A DNA stretch of 64,000 nucleotides. Origin: Leptospiraceae bacterium (GTDB lineage Bacteria > Spirochaetota > Leptospiria > Leptospirales > Leptonemataceae). Made by a program: the position numbers and the translations under genes. Numbering within the stretch: position 1 is the first letter of the stretch; each line of letters begins with the position of its first letter. Location: the NCBI GenBank assembly GCA_040217195.1, contig JAVJNR010000003.1:160001-224000 (forward strand). Direction: 5' to 3'. This document shows positions 1-10,597 of the stretch, one piece after another. The notes under the pieces are model-generated. The model was not told the DNA's origin and did no database searches. It saw nothing but the letters and a program-made list of their open reading frames with translations.

Positions 1-447
1 TGCCGTGATTGGTAGCGAAAGAAAGAATGTAATTTGCACTCTGCGCCATCCATCTTCTTTGAAGGTCTCTGAATAGGAATAGCGATAATCATAAGAATCC
101 AGGCCGTATTGCTGCAGGTATCTATCTTCCAGGTACTTTCTATCACCATCCATTTCCAGACGATTCATGGTGCGAATCTCTTCTCTTCGCCTTTCTTCCA
201 CGTCAGGATAGCTTTCAGACCTTTCCTGAACGGCTTCCGGGTTTAGTAACAGTTCAGTGGCACCATCCGTTTCAAGATCGCGCAGATACGGAGGAACTAG
301 AGGTGCCGTGTATCGTGGATCTCTGGGCGTGGGCTTTTTTTCTTCCAGGGAATCCGGACTGCCCACGGTCTGCGCCATAGTTGGCGTGGAAATCAAGCAT
401 ACGGCCACCAGGGCCGTTGCCAGAGCTCTGGTCTGGCAACAATGCAT
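1..447 (-). CDS. hypothetical exported protein, partial (runs off left edge; absent from ORF track)
   Basis: Hand translation from ATG at 447 gives MHCCQTRALATALVAVCLISTPTMAQ... open to position 1. Signal-peptide-like N-terminus; ATG immediately follows the mtnP stop at 448-450. Confidence 0.7.
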   Translation of the reverse strand, partial: MHCCQTRALATALVAVCLISTPTMAQTVGSPDSLEEKKPTPRDPRYTAPLVPPYLRDLETDGATELLLNPEAVQERSESYPDVEERRREEIRTMNRLEMDGDRKYLEDRYLQQYGLDSYDYRYSYSETFKEDGWRRVQITFFLSLPITA

Positions 448-1314
448 CTACTTCAATCCCGGAAATAAATATTGGAGACGTTTCATGGATTCCTGACCAC
501 GCTTAACTGGCGCGGTGATGATTCCATGCTGCATTGTACCTTTCACTGGATTTTCTAACTTTGCCAGATCTGGAATGCAGGCCCGGGCCAGCTTCTTGGC
601 TCTATCTGCATTTGATTTGAGATAGCCCAGTATCTCCTCTACAGTGACGCTTTCCTCCTCCTCTCTCCAGGAATCATAGTCCGTGGACATACAGACCATC
701 TGATAATTGATCTCTGCTTCGCGAGCCAGCTTCGATTCTGGAAGAACGCTCATATTGATAATATCTGCGCCCCAGGATCTATACATGACGGATTCAGCCC
801 GGGTGGAAAATGCAGGCCCCTCCATACATACCAGAGTCTTATTCTTATGCAGCGGAACATCCAACGATGCAGAGGCATGTTTTTCAACAATCGATGATAT
901 GCTTTCGCTGAATGGATCACCGAACATTGCATGAGCCACCGCGCCATTTTCAAAGAAAGTGGATGGGCGAATCCCTTTCGTTCGATCGATAATCTGAGAA
1001 GGAAGAACAAAGTGCTCCGGAGCAATCTCTTCGCGCAAAGATCCCACGGCAGAGAAGCTTAATATATGTTCCACTCCCATGGATTTCAATGCAGCAATGT
1101 TTGCCCTTACCGGTATTTCTGATGGATTGAGGAAATGACCTTTTCCATGTCTGGCCAAAAAGGCTACCAGGATTCCATCCAGGTTTCCAATAATAATACT
1201 ATCCGAAGGTTTTCCCCAGGGTGTTTCGGGGTGAACTTCCCTTTCCACCTTCATGTCTTCCATTTCATAAAGACCGGATCCACCGATCACCGCTAGCTTA
1301 ACTTCTTCTGCCAT
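448..1314 (-). CDS. mtnP: S-methyl-5'-thioadenosine phosphorylase
   Basis: PNP/MTAP motifs IGGSG, LARHG, EGPAFSTRAES, INMS, STDYD. Start set at MAEEVK (1314); track extends to 1350. Confidence 0.93.
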   Translation of the reverse strand: MAEEVKLAVIGGSGLYEMEDMKVEREVHPETPWGKPSDSIIIGNLDGILVAFLARHGKGHFLNPSEIPVRANIAALKSMGVEHILSFSAVGSLREEIAPEHFVLPSQIIDRTKGIRPSTFFENGAVAHAMFGDPFSESISSIVEKHASASLDVPLHKNKTLVCMEGPAFSTRAESVMYRSWGADIINMSVLPESKLAREAEINYQMVCMSTDYDSWREEEESVTVEEILGYLKSNADRAKKLARACIPDLAKLENPVKGTMQHGIITAPVKRGQESMKRLQYLFPGLK

Positions 1315-1393
1315 GATGTTCCAGAGGACGGGCACCCTGGACTGTGTCATTTATTTTTCTTTACCTGTTCTGCCACGGGCAATCTACTGTAGA

Positions 1394-3058
1394 ATGGCTG
1401 CAGAGGCTGAAAATCACCGCCAGTTGATTAATTCTCTGGAAGAAGCATCTGTTCTGCTAGATCGAAGCGGAGTGGTTCTGCACAGTAATGCGCAATTCAA
1501 GGCATTGCTAGGCGAAGATAAGCCAGAACAGAAGGCAATGCTGGACTTAATCCCGGACCTGCCCCGCCAATGGCTGGAAACCTCGCTGGAAGCCGATGAA
1601 GTATCCGCCTTTATATTTGATTCCTCGGTAACGAACTCTGCACTGCTGGTAAGTATCCTTCCTTCGGAAGAATATATGATCATGATGCTATGGGAAAAGG
1701 AGCAGGAACTGCCCACCATGGTACAGCTACAAAACCTGGTACCTTTTGGCATTCTTTTGCTGGATTCCCGGGGAGAAATACTTAAGAGCAACCCATCCGG
1801 CGGCAGATTGCTGGGCCTACTTTCGACAAAAAACGTTAATCTAAACAGTATCTGGGTAATGTCCAGGGACCGAGCCAATCGTCGCAGGCCAGAAGAGAGA
1901 GCTCCCTGGAATCGTGCCCTGGAACAGGAACGCAGTGTACATATGGGCCCCGTAAGCCTGGGACAATGTGTACTGGACATACACTGTATTCCCATTCAGA
2001 GCAAATCGAGACAGGTTCTGGTAGTACTTCAGGATATGTACAGGGAACATAGGAACCAGAACCGACTCAGAAACGCTCTGGAAATCAATCGTAGCATCAA
2101 TGCATTGCTCATGGATTTGCTGCGTGTTCCTGGCCCGGAAGAAACCATCCATCGAGCATTGAGGGGAGCACTGGAATTAATTGATGCCGATGAATGCTTC
2201 CTGATTACAGAAGAGGAAGTGGGCTCTCGCATTGCCTTTGTAGAAGGAAGTAGAAAAGACTTGATGGGACGGGAAAACCCGGTGGATCCCTGGCAAGTAG
2301 ATCCGGCTCTGAGAAAAGAAGGGGCGCTGCTCATCCGTAGGATGGAAACCGTACAGAGCCTGGTGCCAGATCTTGCACACCATGAATATCAGGGTTGCCT
2401 GGCCGCCTCCGTACTCTACGAAAAGGACCGCCGGGGACTGGTATTAATTCTACGCAAACATCATCGATTCAAATCCAGGGAAAGAAGGATTCTACAATTA
2501 TTGGTACCGGCGCTGTCCGCGGCCATCTTCAAGTTTCGCTACGAAGCAAGACTGAATCTATTGGCTACCACGGATCCATTAACCGGCCTGTACAATCGGC
2601 GTCGCTTCTTCGCTGTTCTGGAAAGTGCAGTAAGGGATGAAGAGTCACCGGCTCTACTGCAGATGGATCTGGATTTATTCAAGCAGATTAATGATAGCCT
2701 GGGTCATCAGGCTGGAGATCGGGTTCTGGAAGTTCTGGCAGCGGAACTAAAACGGCGGCAAACAAAGGGAATTACTGCAGCCAGGACCGGAGGCGAAGAA
2801 TTCATGATTCTGTTACGCAAGGGGCAGGCAGAGAATTACCGATCCGTGGCAGAAAATTTGCGTCAGGCTGTGGAATCACTGATCATTGACTGGGAACCGG
2901 AACCAATTCGCGTTACACTTTCTATCGGAGGCACACGGTATAATCCAGGTGAGAAACTGGCCGATTTCTACGCCAGAGCAGATAAGCTACTGTATCAGGC
3001 CAAAGAATCGGGACGAAATCGCTGCTGCTTTGAGCCACTCAGTGTTAGCCGATCCTGA
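1394..3058 (+). CDS. PAS/GAF sensor diguanylate cyclase
   Basis: C-terminal DPLTGLYNRR, DLDLFKQINDSLGHQAGD, RTGGEEF. N-terminal PAS-like and GAF-like segments; no RxxD I-site visible. Start set at MAAEAEN. Confidence 0.9.
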   Translation: MAAEAENHRQLINSLEEASVLLDRSGVVLHSNAQFKALLGEDKPEQKAMLDLIPDLPRQWLETSLEADEVSAFIFDSSVTNSALLVSILPSEEYMIMMLWEKEQELPTMVQLQNLVPFGILLLDSRGEILKSNPSGGRLLGLLSTKNVNLNSIWVMSRDRANRRRPEERAPWNRALEQERSVHMGPVSLGQCVLDIHCIPIQSKSRQVLVVLQDMYREHRNQNRLRNALEINRSINALLMDLLRVPGPEETIHRALRGALELIDADECFLITEEEVGSRIAFVEGSRKDLMGRENPVDPWQVDPALRKEGALLIRRMETVQSLVPDLAHHEYQGCLAASVLYEKDRRGLVLILRKHHRFKSRERRILQLLVPALSAAIFKFRYEARLNLLATTDPLTGLYNRRRFFAVLESAVRDEESPALLQMDLDLFKQINDSLGHQAGDRVLEVLAAELKRRQTKGITAARTGGEEFMILLRKGQAENYRSVAENLRQAVESLIIDWEPEPIRVTLSIGGTRYNPGEKLADFYARADKLLYQAKESGRNRCCFEPLSVSRS

Positions 3059-3148
3059 CAGACCAGGTCCCGTCTCCAGGTCCCGCCGATTATTGCAATG
3101 AAAGTAAGATATGCTATTTGCAATGGATATTAAACTTGGAAAGCTGTA

Positions 3149-4033
3149 TTAGTCGTCCTTTACTGTCTCGCCCGGCGGCATCTCTTCTGCAGAAAGTAAC
3201 TTAAATTGAATTCTCTTTAGCTGGCGAACTACCCGAGTAAAATAGTCTTTGGACCAGATAATCTCTTCCAGTTCTGGATCAAGAATGGAAATCATTTCCC
3301 CTGGAACCCATCGCACGGACTCACCGTTTCCGTCACGCACCCGACCCTCGGAAAGGGCTCTGGATATTTCCCGGGCCCCATGTTTTCTCAAATCCCGAAT
3401 CAGACCGCGAAAGAAAGCTTCTGTGGCAGGATCATAAAAACGAAACTCTCGATGAAACAGTAATGCATCGTGAAAATATTCTGGAATGTTGAAAGCTCCT
3501 CTAGCGCCCACACCCAGAGCAAGATTTGTAATAAAATCGCTTATCTGCGAAAAGATTCCCAGACCAGGAGCATTCTGGCCTGGAAAAAGTCGATCCGGCC
3601 GAATATTCTTACTTCTGGGATGCTGAGTCAATAACCAGTCAATGTACAGCAGCTTTTTTTGAGGAGCCCCTGGATGAAGACGAAAGCGAAAATAAGAAAC
3701 CTTCAGACGAATATGGATAAGCACCATGTCCGATTCAGGATCTTTAATAAAAATTCGCTGATCCAGATCGGATAAATAATGCAGTTCAAGAAGCGGCTCT
3801 GCATAACCTTTTTCCTTTAGCTCGGCGAATATACCGGACCAGTCCATCAATTCTCGAATTTCAGTTTCTGAGAACTTTCCAAAGATTCGCACTTCGCCGT
3901 CCGGATTCTTAATTAGCGGACCGCCATGCAAATCTTCTTCAATATCCAGTGGCTCCAGATTAGGAAGCTGAATTTCCTTATCGGAACCGCCTTCCCGGCG
4001 GCTGGCTTTATCTGAGTCGCCAAACAATCCCAT
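3149..4033 (-). CDS. HDAC-associated conserved protein, possible divergent GNAT fold
   Basis: Long ORF whose ATG (4033) overlaps the HDAC stop (TAATG). Motif LYIDWL...PGLGIF...LALGVGARG. Confidence 0.65.
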   Translation of the reverse strand: MGLFGDSDKASRREGGSDKEIQLPNLEPLDIEEDLHGGPLIKNPDGEVRIFGKFSETEIRELMDWSGIFAELKEKGYAEPLLELHYLSDLDQRIFIKDPESDMVLIHIRLKVSYFRFRLHPGAPQKKLLYIDWLLTQHPRSKNIRPDRLFPGQNAPGLGIFSQISDFITNLALGVGARGAFNIPEYFHDALLFHREFRFYDPATEAFFRGLIRDLRKHGAREISRALSEGRVRDGNGESVRWVPGEMISILDPELEEIIWSKDYFTRVVRQLKRIQFKLLSAEEMPPGETVKDD

Positions 4034-4926
4034 TAACGCAGACCTGCCAGAACTTCGCATGTTTGTACGTGTAAATCTACAGTGTCCTGGGTATTGATTG
4101 CATAGCCTCCGGCAAGTACTGCGAACATGGGAATCTCTTGAAAGGCATCTCGCACCAATGTATCGCGGGCAGCCAGACCTTCTTTGCTGATAGAAAGTCC
4201 ACCCAGACGATCATTCTCATAGGGATCTACGCCTGCAACGTAGGCAACCAGGTCTGGCTTGAATCTAGATTTAATCTGCTTCAGGCTGTCTGACAAAACT
4301 TCCAGATATTTTTCATCCGAAGTACCGCTTTCCAGTCCAATGTTCAAGGATCCCTTTTCCTTGGGCGGATAGTTTTTCTCTTCATGGATGGAAAAAGTAA
4401 ACACGGTTCTTGAGTTGCGAAATATACGGGCCGTACCATTCCCCTGATGTACATCCAGATCTATGACCAGAGCTTTACGAATCCTTTTCTGTTTCTGCAA
4501 AACTCTTACAGCAATGGCAACATCGTTCAGATAGCAGAATCCCTCTGCATGGTCCGCAAATGCATGGTGAAACCCACCGGCAAGATTCATGGTAAGTCTG
4601 TGCTGAAGAGCCAGTTCTGCAGCAAGTAATGTGCCCCCGGACCCCAGGAAAAATGCATCTACGATGGTACGGTTTAACGGCAGCTCGCTTCGGTACACCC
4701 GCTTGGAGAAATTAAGTTGCTTTAGATCTTCCAGGTAGGGCTTTTTGTGCACCGTGCCAGCTTCCTCATAGCTCAGCATCATGGGCTCCAGGAATTTATG
4801 CTCCTGGAATCGTTCATTCTGGCGCAAAGCCTCGCGGATAAAGCGGTATTTCACAGATGGGAACACATGTTCCCCTAAATCCATGTTATAATTTTCTGAG
4901 TAGATGAAGATGGGCAATGTAGACAT
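4033..4926 (-). CDS. histone deacetylase family Zn-dependent deacetylase
   Basis: GGFHHA, GFCYLND, DLDVHQGNGT, AGVDP, GGY motifs. Start set at MSTLPIF. Confidence 0.93.
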   Translation of the reverse strand: MSTLPIFIYSENYNMDLGEHVFPSVKYRFIREALRQNERFQEHKFLEPMMLSYEEAGTVHKKPYLEDLKQLNFSKRVYRSELPLNRTIVDAFFLGSGGTLLAAELALQHRLTMNLAGGFHHAFADHAEGFCYLNDVAIAVRVLQKQKRIRKALVIDLDVHQGNGTARIFRNSRTVFTFSIHEEKNYPPKEKGSLNIGLESGTSDEKYLEVLSDSLKQIKSRFKPDLVAYVAGVDPYENDRLGGLSISKEGLAARDTLVRDAFQEIPMFAVLAGGYAINTQDTVDLHVQTCEVLAGLR

Positions 4927-5007
4927 GATTCTTACTTTTTTGAATGACAGAGTACAGGCTGTCGGAAGCATTAAGGATTCACCGCTCAATAGTTCAAGTA
5001 TTTCACG

Positions 5008-6588
5008 ATGGCAGAACAATACAAACAACCCTCCGTTCCCGGCATAGACCGGAAGAGAATTGCCCTGGTAAATGGATATATCGGCTCGGGTAGAAGAATT
5101 CGAGCCGAAGGCCAGGTCGTGGATGTTTCAATCCTGACAGACCACAATGAAGAGGCCTGGGATCCATTTATAGGGCTCCCTGTATCGCAACTTAGAAGGA
5201 TTCGGGCTGTTCAGGATATGGGCATGAGTGCAGTAAGGAAGCCCAGAATCTCCGTTCAAATGGTCCCCTGGCCCGAGCAGTGGGATTCCAATCCTCCGGA
5301 TAGGCTGGAACCCCTGGCAGAGCCAGAAGCTGTACTGGAAAGCGAAGAATTTCACGGAGAAGATGATGGCTTTTTCTCTGTGGAAATGAACGGTGATCTG
5401 CCGGCCGGAAAGTATATGATCCGGGTAATACTCAGGGGTAGCGACTCCATTCGTCAAAGCTTCACAGACATTGCCCGAATCGGGGCAGGAATTCAGCAGA
5501 CAAACCAGAATGATTCTGCCATTGGATTCGGACGGGCCATTATCCTGGCAGAGGATTTTGAAGGTACACTGATAACATCGGACATTGATCAGACATTCCT
5601 GGATACCAAAATCGAATCCAGACAGGGATTGCTGGATACTCTAATGGAGCTTCCAGATATGAAGAAACCGCTGGCGGGCATGGAAGAGTTCTATCGAGTG
5701 CTTGCAGGTCACGGATATTCGCTGAGCTTCATTTCCGCATCTCCGCACTTTTTCCGGCGCACTCTAATGTCGGTTTTTTCCAGGCATGAAATACCTGTGG
5801 ATTCCCTTCAATTGAAGTATCTCATGGGAACCCTTAATCAAATGGTTCGCAAAACAGTGCAAACCGTTCTAAATATGGATGACTATCTGTCCAAAGGCTT
5901 CACGGAAGCCCTGGACCGCTCCATGAAGTACATGGGCTCCAGTCTTCAGTCCTTGTTCGATCAGGTCGGTTACAAGCTGGAAACCCTGCTTCGCATGCGG
6001 GTCTACAGACCCACAAATGCAAAAGAAGTTCTCCTGGGAGATGACACAGAAAGTGACTATTTCATTTTTACTTTCTATCAATGTATTCTTTCCGGATGGA
6101 TCCATGGAGAAAGATTACAGCAATTCCTTTACAGATTGCAGTTCAAAGATAGAGAAGCACTGACCAGAGATGCGGCCAGATCCATTGTTGCCCTGGCGGA
6201 GCGAAACCTTCAAGTCCATGGCGCTGTGAACCCTGTTACTGCAGTATGGATCAACCGGGCTGCTTCCAATGATACTTCCAATATGCGAAAGGAAATCGAG
6301 GAAAGCCTGCCCTCTGAATGGGATCAGAAACCGGACTTTTCAACCATTCAATTCCCGGTGGCCTGCGAGGGTGCAGCTGGATTTGCCATGCATGCCCTGG
6401 AAACAGGATTCCTGAACTCGGAGGAAGCCGTTCGATTCCTGCATGCACTGGAAGGAAAGATACTAAAGGAAAAGGTTCTGGATGCGCAGCGTATTGATGA
6501 AATCATCACCGAGTGCAAAGTTTCCGAGGACCAGAAGAGCAGACTTCATGCAGCCCTGAGAGAACATCGAAGTACTCATCAAAAATAA
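5008..6588 (+). CDS. App1/DUF2183-like HAD phosphatase (putative phosphatidate phosphatase)
   Basis: HAD motifs SDIDQT, ISASP, LKY, LGDDTESD. Confidence 0.7.
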   Translation: MAEQYKQPSVPGIDRKRIALVNGYIGSGRRIRAEGQVVDVSILTDHNEEAWDPFIGLPVSQLRRIRAVQDMGMSAVRKPRISVQMVPWPEQWDSNPPDRLEPLAEPEAVLESEEFHGEDDGFFSVEMNGDLPAGKYMIRVILRGSDSIRQSFTDIARIGAGIQQTNQNDSAIGFGRAIILAEDFEGTLITSDIDQTFLDTKIESRQGLLDTLMELPDMKKPLAGMEEFYRVLAGHGYSLSFISASPHFFRRTLMSVFSRHEIPVDSLQLKYLMGTLNQMVRKTVQTVLNMDDYLSKGFTEALDRSMKYMGSSLQSLFDQVGYKLETLLRMRVYRPTNAKEVLLGDDTESDYFIFTFYQCILSGWIHGERLQQFLYRLQFKDREALTRDAARSIVALAERNLQVHGAVNPVTAVWINRAASNDTSNMRKEIEESLPSEWDQKPDFSTIQFPVACEGAAGFAMHALETGFLNSEEAVRFLHALEGKILKEKVLDAQRIDEIITECKVSEDQKSRLHAALREHRSTHQK

Positions 6589-6738
6589 CCTGGGTCCAAA
6601 GACCAGGCAGGGCTTCCAGTAATCCAGACCCGGCTTATCCAGGCCCGAATTAAATAGAGTTTAATTCCAACCAATGGTGGTAGTAACCGCAGACTCGACC
6701 TATTGCGATTTACTGCAACGCTAGATCTATCTTATCTG

Positions 6739-7776
6739 CTAACCTCGATCGGAGGACCGACGTCTGGGCGAAGATTCGGGCATCTCTTTTTTTAATCCTC
6801 GTCCCATTAGCTCTCGAGCCACACCGGCTGGATCCTGGTCCTTGTAGAGCATGGCAAAGACTGCATCGGTAATGGCCAGTTCCAGGTTCAGCTTTTTGGC
6901 CAGATCATGGGCCGAAGCTGTAGTATCCACTCCCTCCGCTACCTGATTCATTTCTGCAATGATGTCCTTTAGCTTCATTCCCTGGCCCAGCTTCTTACCC
7001 ACAGTGCGATTTCTACTCAAATCTCCGGTGCAGGTCAATACCAGATCTCCCATTCCAGCCAATCCCAGAAAGGTCATTGGATCGGCCCCTTTGGCCACAC
7101 CCAGGCGAGTGATTTCAGCAAGTCCTCTGGTAATAATGGCTGCACGGGTATTATGGCCCAGCTCCAGCCCATCCGAAACTCCGGCCGCAATTGCGATTAC
7201 ATTCTTGAGAGCTCCCCCTACTTCCACTCCAATGACATCCTGGGTTCGATAGGTTCTAAAGTATTTATGGAAGAAACAGTGCTGCACATGATGGCCCACC
7301 TCATCGTCTTTCGCTGCAATACTTACTACCGTAGGAATCTTCTTAATAATCTCTTTTGCAAAACTGGGTCCGGAAAGATAGGTCAGTTGTTTATGGAACT
7401 TTCCAGGTAGCTCCTCCTCAAATATTTCGGATACCAGGCGCAGGGTACCTTTCTCAATACCTTTAGCTGCGCTGACCAGCGGGACTCCGGCAGGGATATC
7501 GGCTGCAATGTCCCGCAAAACACCGCCAAGAGCCTGGGACGGAATGGCCACCACAATAAGCTCCGCTCCAGAAAGGGACTGCTGTATGTCGGATGTTGCT
7601 TTTAGCTTTTCCGGCAACTTCATGCCTGGAAGATAGCGGGTGTTCTCATGAGCCTGGTTGACGGACTCAACAATCTCAGGGTTTCTGGCCCATAGAAGGA
7701 CATCCTCCCCTTTATCGGCCAGCACGGAGGCCAGGGCCGTTCCAAAGGATCCACTACCGAGCACTGATACTTTCAT
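6739..7776 (-). CDS. gpsA: NAD(P)H-dependent glycerol-3-phosphate dehydrogenase
   Basis: [38 protein letters not shown]. True start MKVSVL at 7776, not 7995. Confidence 0.96.
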   Translation of the reverse strand: MKVSVLGSGSFGTALASVLADKGEDVLLWARNPEIVESVNQAHENTRYLPGMKLPEKLKATSDIQQSLSGAELIVVAIPSQALGGVLRDIAADIPAGVPLVSAAKGIEKGTLRLVSEIFEEELPGKFHKQLTYLSGPSFAKEIIKKIPTVVSIAAKDDEVGHHVQHCFFHKYFRTYRTQDVIGVEVGGALKNVIAIAAGVSDGLELGHNTRAAIITRGLAEITRLGVAKGADPMTFLGLAGMGDLVLTCTGDLSRNRTVGKKLGQGMKLKDIIAEMNQVAEGVDTTASAHDLAKKLNLELAITDAVFAMLYKDQDPAGVARELMGRGLKKEMPESSPRRRSSDRG

Positions 7777-7831
7777 AAGCTTTATATGTAGACATGGAGC
7801 CGGGGATTTTCTTTTGTAAAGGTTTTTGCTG

Positions 7832-8440
7832 ATGGAAATAGAGAATCCTCTGGAGGAAAAAGTATATAGGATCCAGCTCAAGCTGGATGCCCTGAACCCG
7901 GTTCTCCAGACCCAGGCAAGGATGCGCAATCCCTCCTTGCTGGAATTCTCTCTGCAAGCCACGGATAAGGAAATTCGAGTGCAGGGTAAGACCACTCGAA
8001 CCGGTCGCTTGCGGGGAGCCTCTTTTCAGGTCAGTTTTCGCCCCACTCAGGTAGAACATCATGGAATCTTTTTCAAATGCCGCCGATTTAAGTTTAGAAC
8101 CTACCCATTCAAAACCTTTGACCTCTACCGGTTGCTAAGCCCCTTTCCTTTTGCTCAGAGAATTGCAATGAATCGGTTTACCAGGAACATGCCGCCTGCC
8201 TTCGAACATCATGGGAAGTTCATCTATTTTCGTCCGGCCTACTATGTTCGTATGGTTCCAACCTTTGTGGGCGATTTTCACATGCTCTATATACGGTTGA
8301 GCCAGGGTAGCATCGAATTCTTTGTGAAAAGCAATCGATTGTTCCAGGCCCTGGTGGATTTTTTTGGCCCTCAGTACATCCGTATGGAATCCATCAACGA
8401 ATCGGAGGAAGCTCTTCGGCTACTATTACAGAAGTCCTGA
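7832..8440 (+). CDS. hypothetical protein
   Basis: ~200-aa ORF divergent from gpsA filling the gap; no recognised motif. Confidence 0.6.
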   Translation: MEIENPLEEKVYRIQLKLDALNPVLQTQARMRNPSLLEFSLQATDKEIRVQGKTTRTGRLRGASFQVSFRPTQVEHHGIFFKCRRFKFRTYPFKTFDLYRLLSPFPFAQRIAMNRFTRNMPPAFEHHGKFIYFRPAYYVRMVPTFVGDFHMLYIRLSQGSIEFFVKSNRLFQALVDFFGPQYIRMESINESEEALRLLLQKS

Positions 8441-8596
8441 ATCCCGGACGATCTAGCTGAATACCGTTTCCAGCCTACTCAGTCCGTTTCGGTTTCTCCA
8501 GGATGGTACGTCCTACTATGTCACCGGCCCCATGGACCGGGTCCATCTTCAGAGCAGCAGAATTGCATTCTATGCGAGATTTTTTTATCGACGCTT

Positions 8597-8614
8597 TATT
8601 GCAATATTGCAATA
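8597..8614. promoter_or_regulatory. putative ArsR operator (perfect 18-bp palindrome TATTGCAATATTGCAATA)
   Basis: Perfect palindrome 11 bp upstream of the arsR ATG at 8626. Confidence 0.75.
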
Positions 8615-8625
8615 CTACTATCACA

Positions 8626-8952
8626 ATGGGCGCCACAAGAACCGACCTTCATCCGGAAAAATTCAATGAATTGGGAACCGCTCTTCAGGCGCTGGGGCAT
8701 CCAGCGCGACTGAGGATCATCGACATTCTGATCAAGAAAAAGGAATGCATGGGTCATTTGCTGGTTGATGAGCTGGGATTGGCCCAGCCCACGGTGCACC
8801 AGCATCTGAAGCGACTTAAAGAAGCAGGATTGATTCAGGGTAACATCGATGGAAATCGAGTGTGCTACTGCATCGATGCCGATGCGCTCAATGAACTGAG
8901 AGAATCTCTGAAAGTTTTCTTGGATCGACCCATTGCTCAAAACTGTTGTTAA
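8626..8952 (+). CDS. arsR: ArsR/SmtB family repressor
   Basis: ALGHPARL...LAQPTVHQHLKRLKEAGLI, CYC and C-terminal CC; heads an ars cluster. Confidence 0.88.
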   Translation: MGATRTDLHPEKFNELGTALQALGHPARLRIIDILIKKKECMGHLLVDELGLAQPTVHQHLKRLKEAGLIQGNIDGNRVCYCIDADALNELRESLKVFLDRPIAQNCC

Positions 8953-8962
8953 GGAGGTAGCC

Positions 8963-9529
8963 ATGTTTCCCAGGATGCATGCTTCCCTATATGTTTCTAA
9001 TCTGGATCGCTCTGTAGATTTCTATAGCCGATTCTTTCAAGTCTCCCCGGAGAAAGTCCGGCCGGGCTATGCCAAGTATCAACTGGAATCACCGGGTCTG
9101 GTATTTTCCCTGGTTGAAAACCCGGAACGAGTGGCCGGAAACTTTGGTCATATGGGCATTCAGGTAGAAAGCCTGGAGGAGCTGGATCGCCTGAAATCCC
9201 GGGCCCAGGCCAATGAGGTACTGAGTTTCGAAGAAAAGGATGTGGCCTGTTGCTACGCGAAGCAGGACAAATTCTGGGCTGTGGATCCGGATGGAATTCA
9301 GTGGGAAGTATATTACTTCCATGAAGATGTGGAGTTCAATGATCCGGCCTTCGCAAACGATTCCGGTGAAAAAGAGGCATGCTGTTCCACATCATTCTCC
9401 GTAGATCAGCTACCGGAAGCACAATCTGTCAAGGTCGGGAACAGTAGTCCAGGCGAAACTCAAGCAGTCCAAACAGAGGTTCTGGCCCAGGCGGATGCTT
9501 GCTGTGAACCTGGATGTTGCGGTAAATAG
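8963..9529 (+). CDS. ArsI/CadI-like VOC (glyoxalase-fold) metalloprotein
   Basis: RMHASLYV, RPGYAKY, HMGIQV, ACCYAKQDKFW, DPDGIQWEVY. AGGAGG RBS before the ATG at 8963. Confidence 0.85.
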   Translation: MFPRMHASLYVSNLDRSVDFYSRFFQVSPEKVRPGYAKYQLESPGLVFSLVENPERVAGNFGHMGIQVESLEELDRLKSRAQANEVLSFEEKDVACCYAKQDKFWAVDPDGIQWEVYYFHEDVEFNDPAFANDSGEKEACCSTSFSVDQLPEAQSVKVGNSSPGETQAVQTEVLAQADACCEPGCCGK

Positions 9530-9541
9530 TAGATCCTGAAT

Positions 9542-10597
9542 ATGAGAAATCTATCTTTCGTAGATCGATATCTAACTCTCTGGATATTTCTGGCAATGGC
9601 CCTGGGCGTAAGTCTGGGGGCCGCCTTTCCCGTAATATCCGAGTCCATACATAAGCTATCTATAGGTCAGACCAACATCCCCCTGGCCATTGGACTTATA
9701 TTGATGATGTATCCCCCTCTTGCGCGAGTCGACTATTCCCAATTACATCTAGTGTTTACGAACGGCAAAATACTTACACTTTCCATTGTAATGAACTGGA
9801 TCATTGGTCCACTCCTGATGTTTTCACTGGCTGTGCTTTTTCTATGGGATAGGCCGGAACTAATGTCCGGGCTCATATTGATTGGCCTGGCTCGCTGCAT
9901 TGCTATGGTGCTTGTATGGAATCAACTGGCACATGGTAGTCCGGAGTACGGGGCTGGACTGGTAGCACTGAATAGTCTGTTTCAGGTATTTGCGTACGCT
10001 CCTCTGGCATTGATATTTTTGAGTGTACTACCTGATATGCTGGGTCTGGAGTCCTATGAGGTGAATATTTCCACATTGGATGTGGCCATAAGTGTAGGAA
10101 TCTATCTGGGAATTCCCTTTCTGGCTGGTTTTCTCAGTCGCTTGATTCTAGTTCGCATCCGGGGGCACCAATGGTATGAAAAGAAATTCATTCCAGCCAT
10201 TTCGCCTCTTACTCTGGTAGCGCTTCTGTTTACCATTGTATTGATGTTTTCTCTTAAAGGTGATCAGATACTCACTTTGCCCATGGATGTGCTTCGAGTG
10301 TCACTTCCGTTGCTTCTCTACTTCCTTATTATGTTCTTTGTTGCCTTTCTGGCCGGACGATTGCTAAAAGCGAAATACCCGGAGAATGCGGCGCTGTCTT
10401 TTACGGCTGCCGGGAACAACTTTGAACTGGCCATTGCTGTGGCCATTTCTGTGTTTGGATTAAATTCCGGTCAGGCCTTTGCCGCTGTACTGGGACCTTT
10501 GATTGAAGTACCGGCTCTGGTACTTCTTGTGCAAGCTTCTCTGTGGCTGCAAAATCGGCTCTATAAATCTCAGAAATCCAACGAGGCAAGATCATGA
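9542..10597 (+). CDS. acr3: ACR3 family arsenite efflux transporter
   Basis: [46 protein letters not shown]; about 10 TM helices. Confidence 0.95.
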   Translation: MRNLSFVDRYLTLWIFLAMALGVSLGAAFPVISESIHKLSIGQTNIPLAIGLILMMYPPLARVDYSQLHLVFTNGKILTLSIVMNWIIGPLLMFSLAVLFLWDRPELMSGLILIGLARCIAMVLVWNQLAHGSPEYGAGLVALNSLFQVFAYAPLALIFLSVLPDMLGLESYEVNISTLDVAISVGIYLGIPFLAGFLSRLILVRIRGHQWYEKKFIPAISPLTLVALLFTIVLMFSLKGDQILTLPMDVLRVSLPLLLYFLIMFFVAFLAGRLLKAKYPENAALSFTAAGNNFELAIAVAISVFGLNSGQAFAAVLGPLIEVPALVLLVQASLWLQNRLYKSQKSNEARS

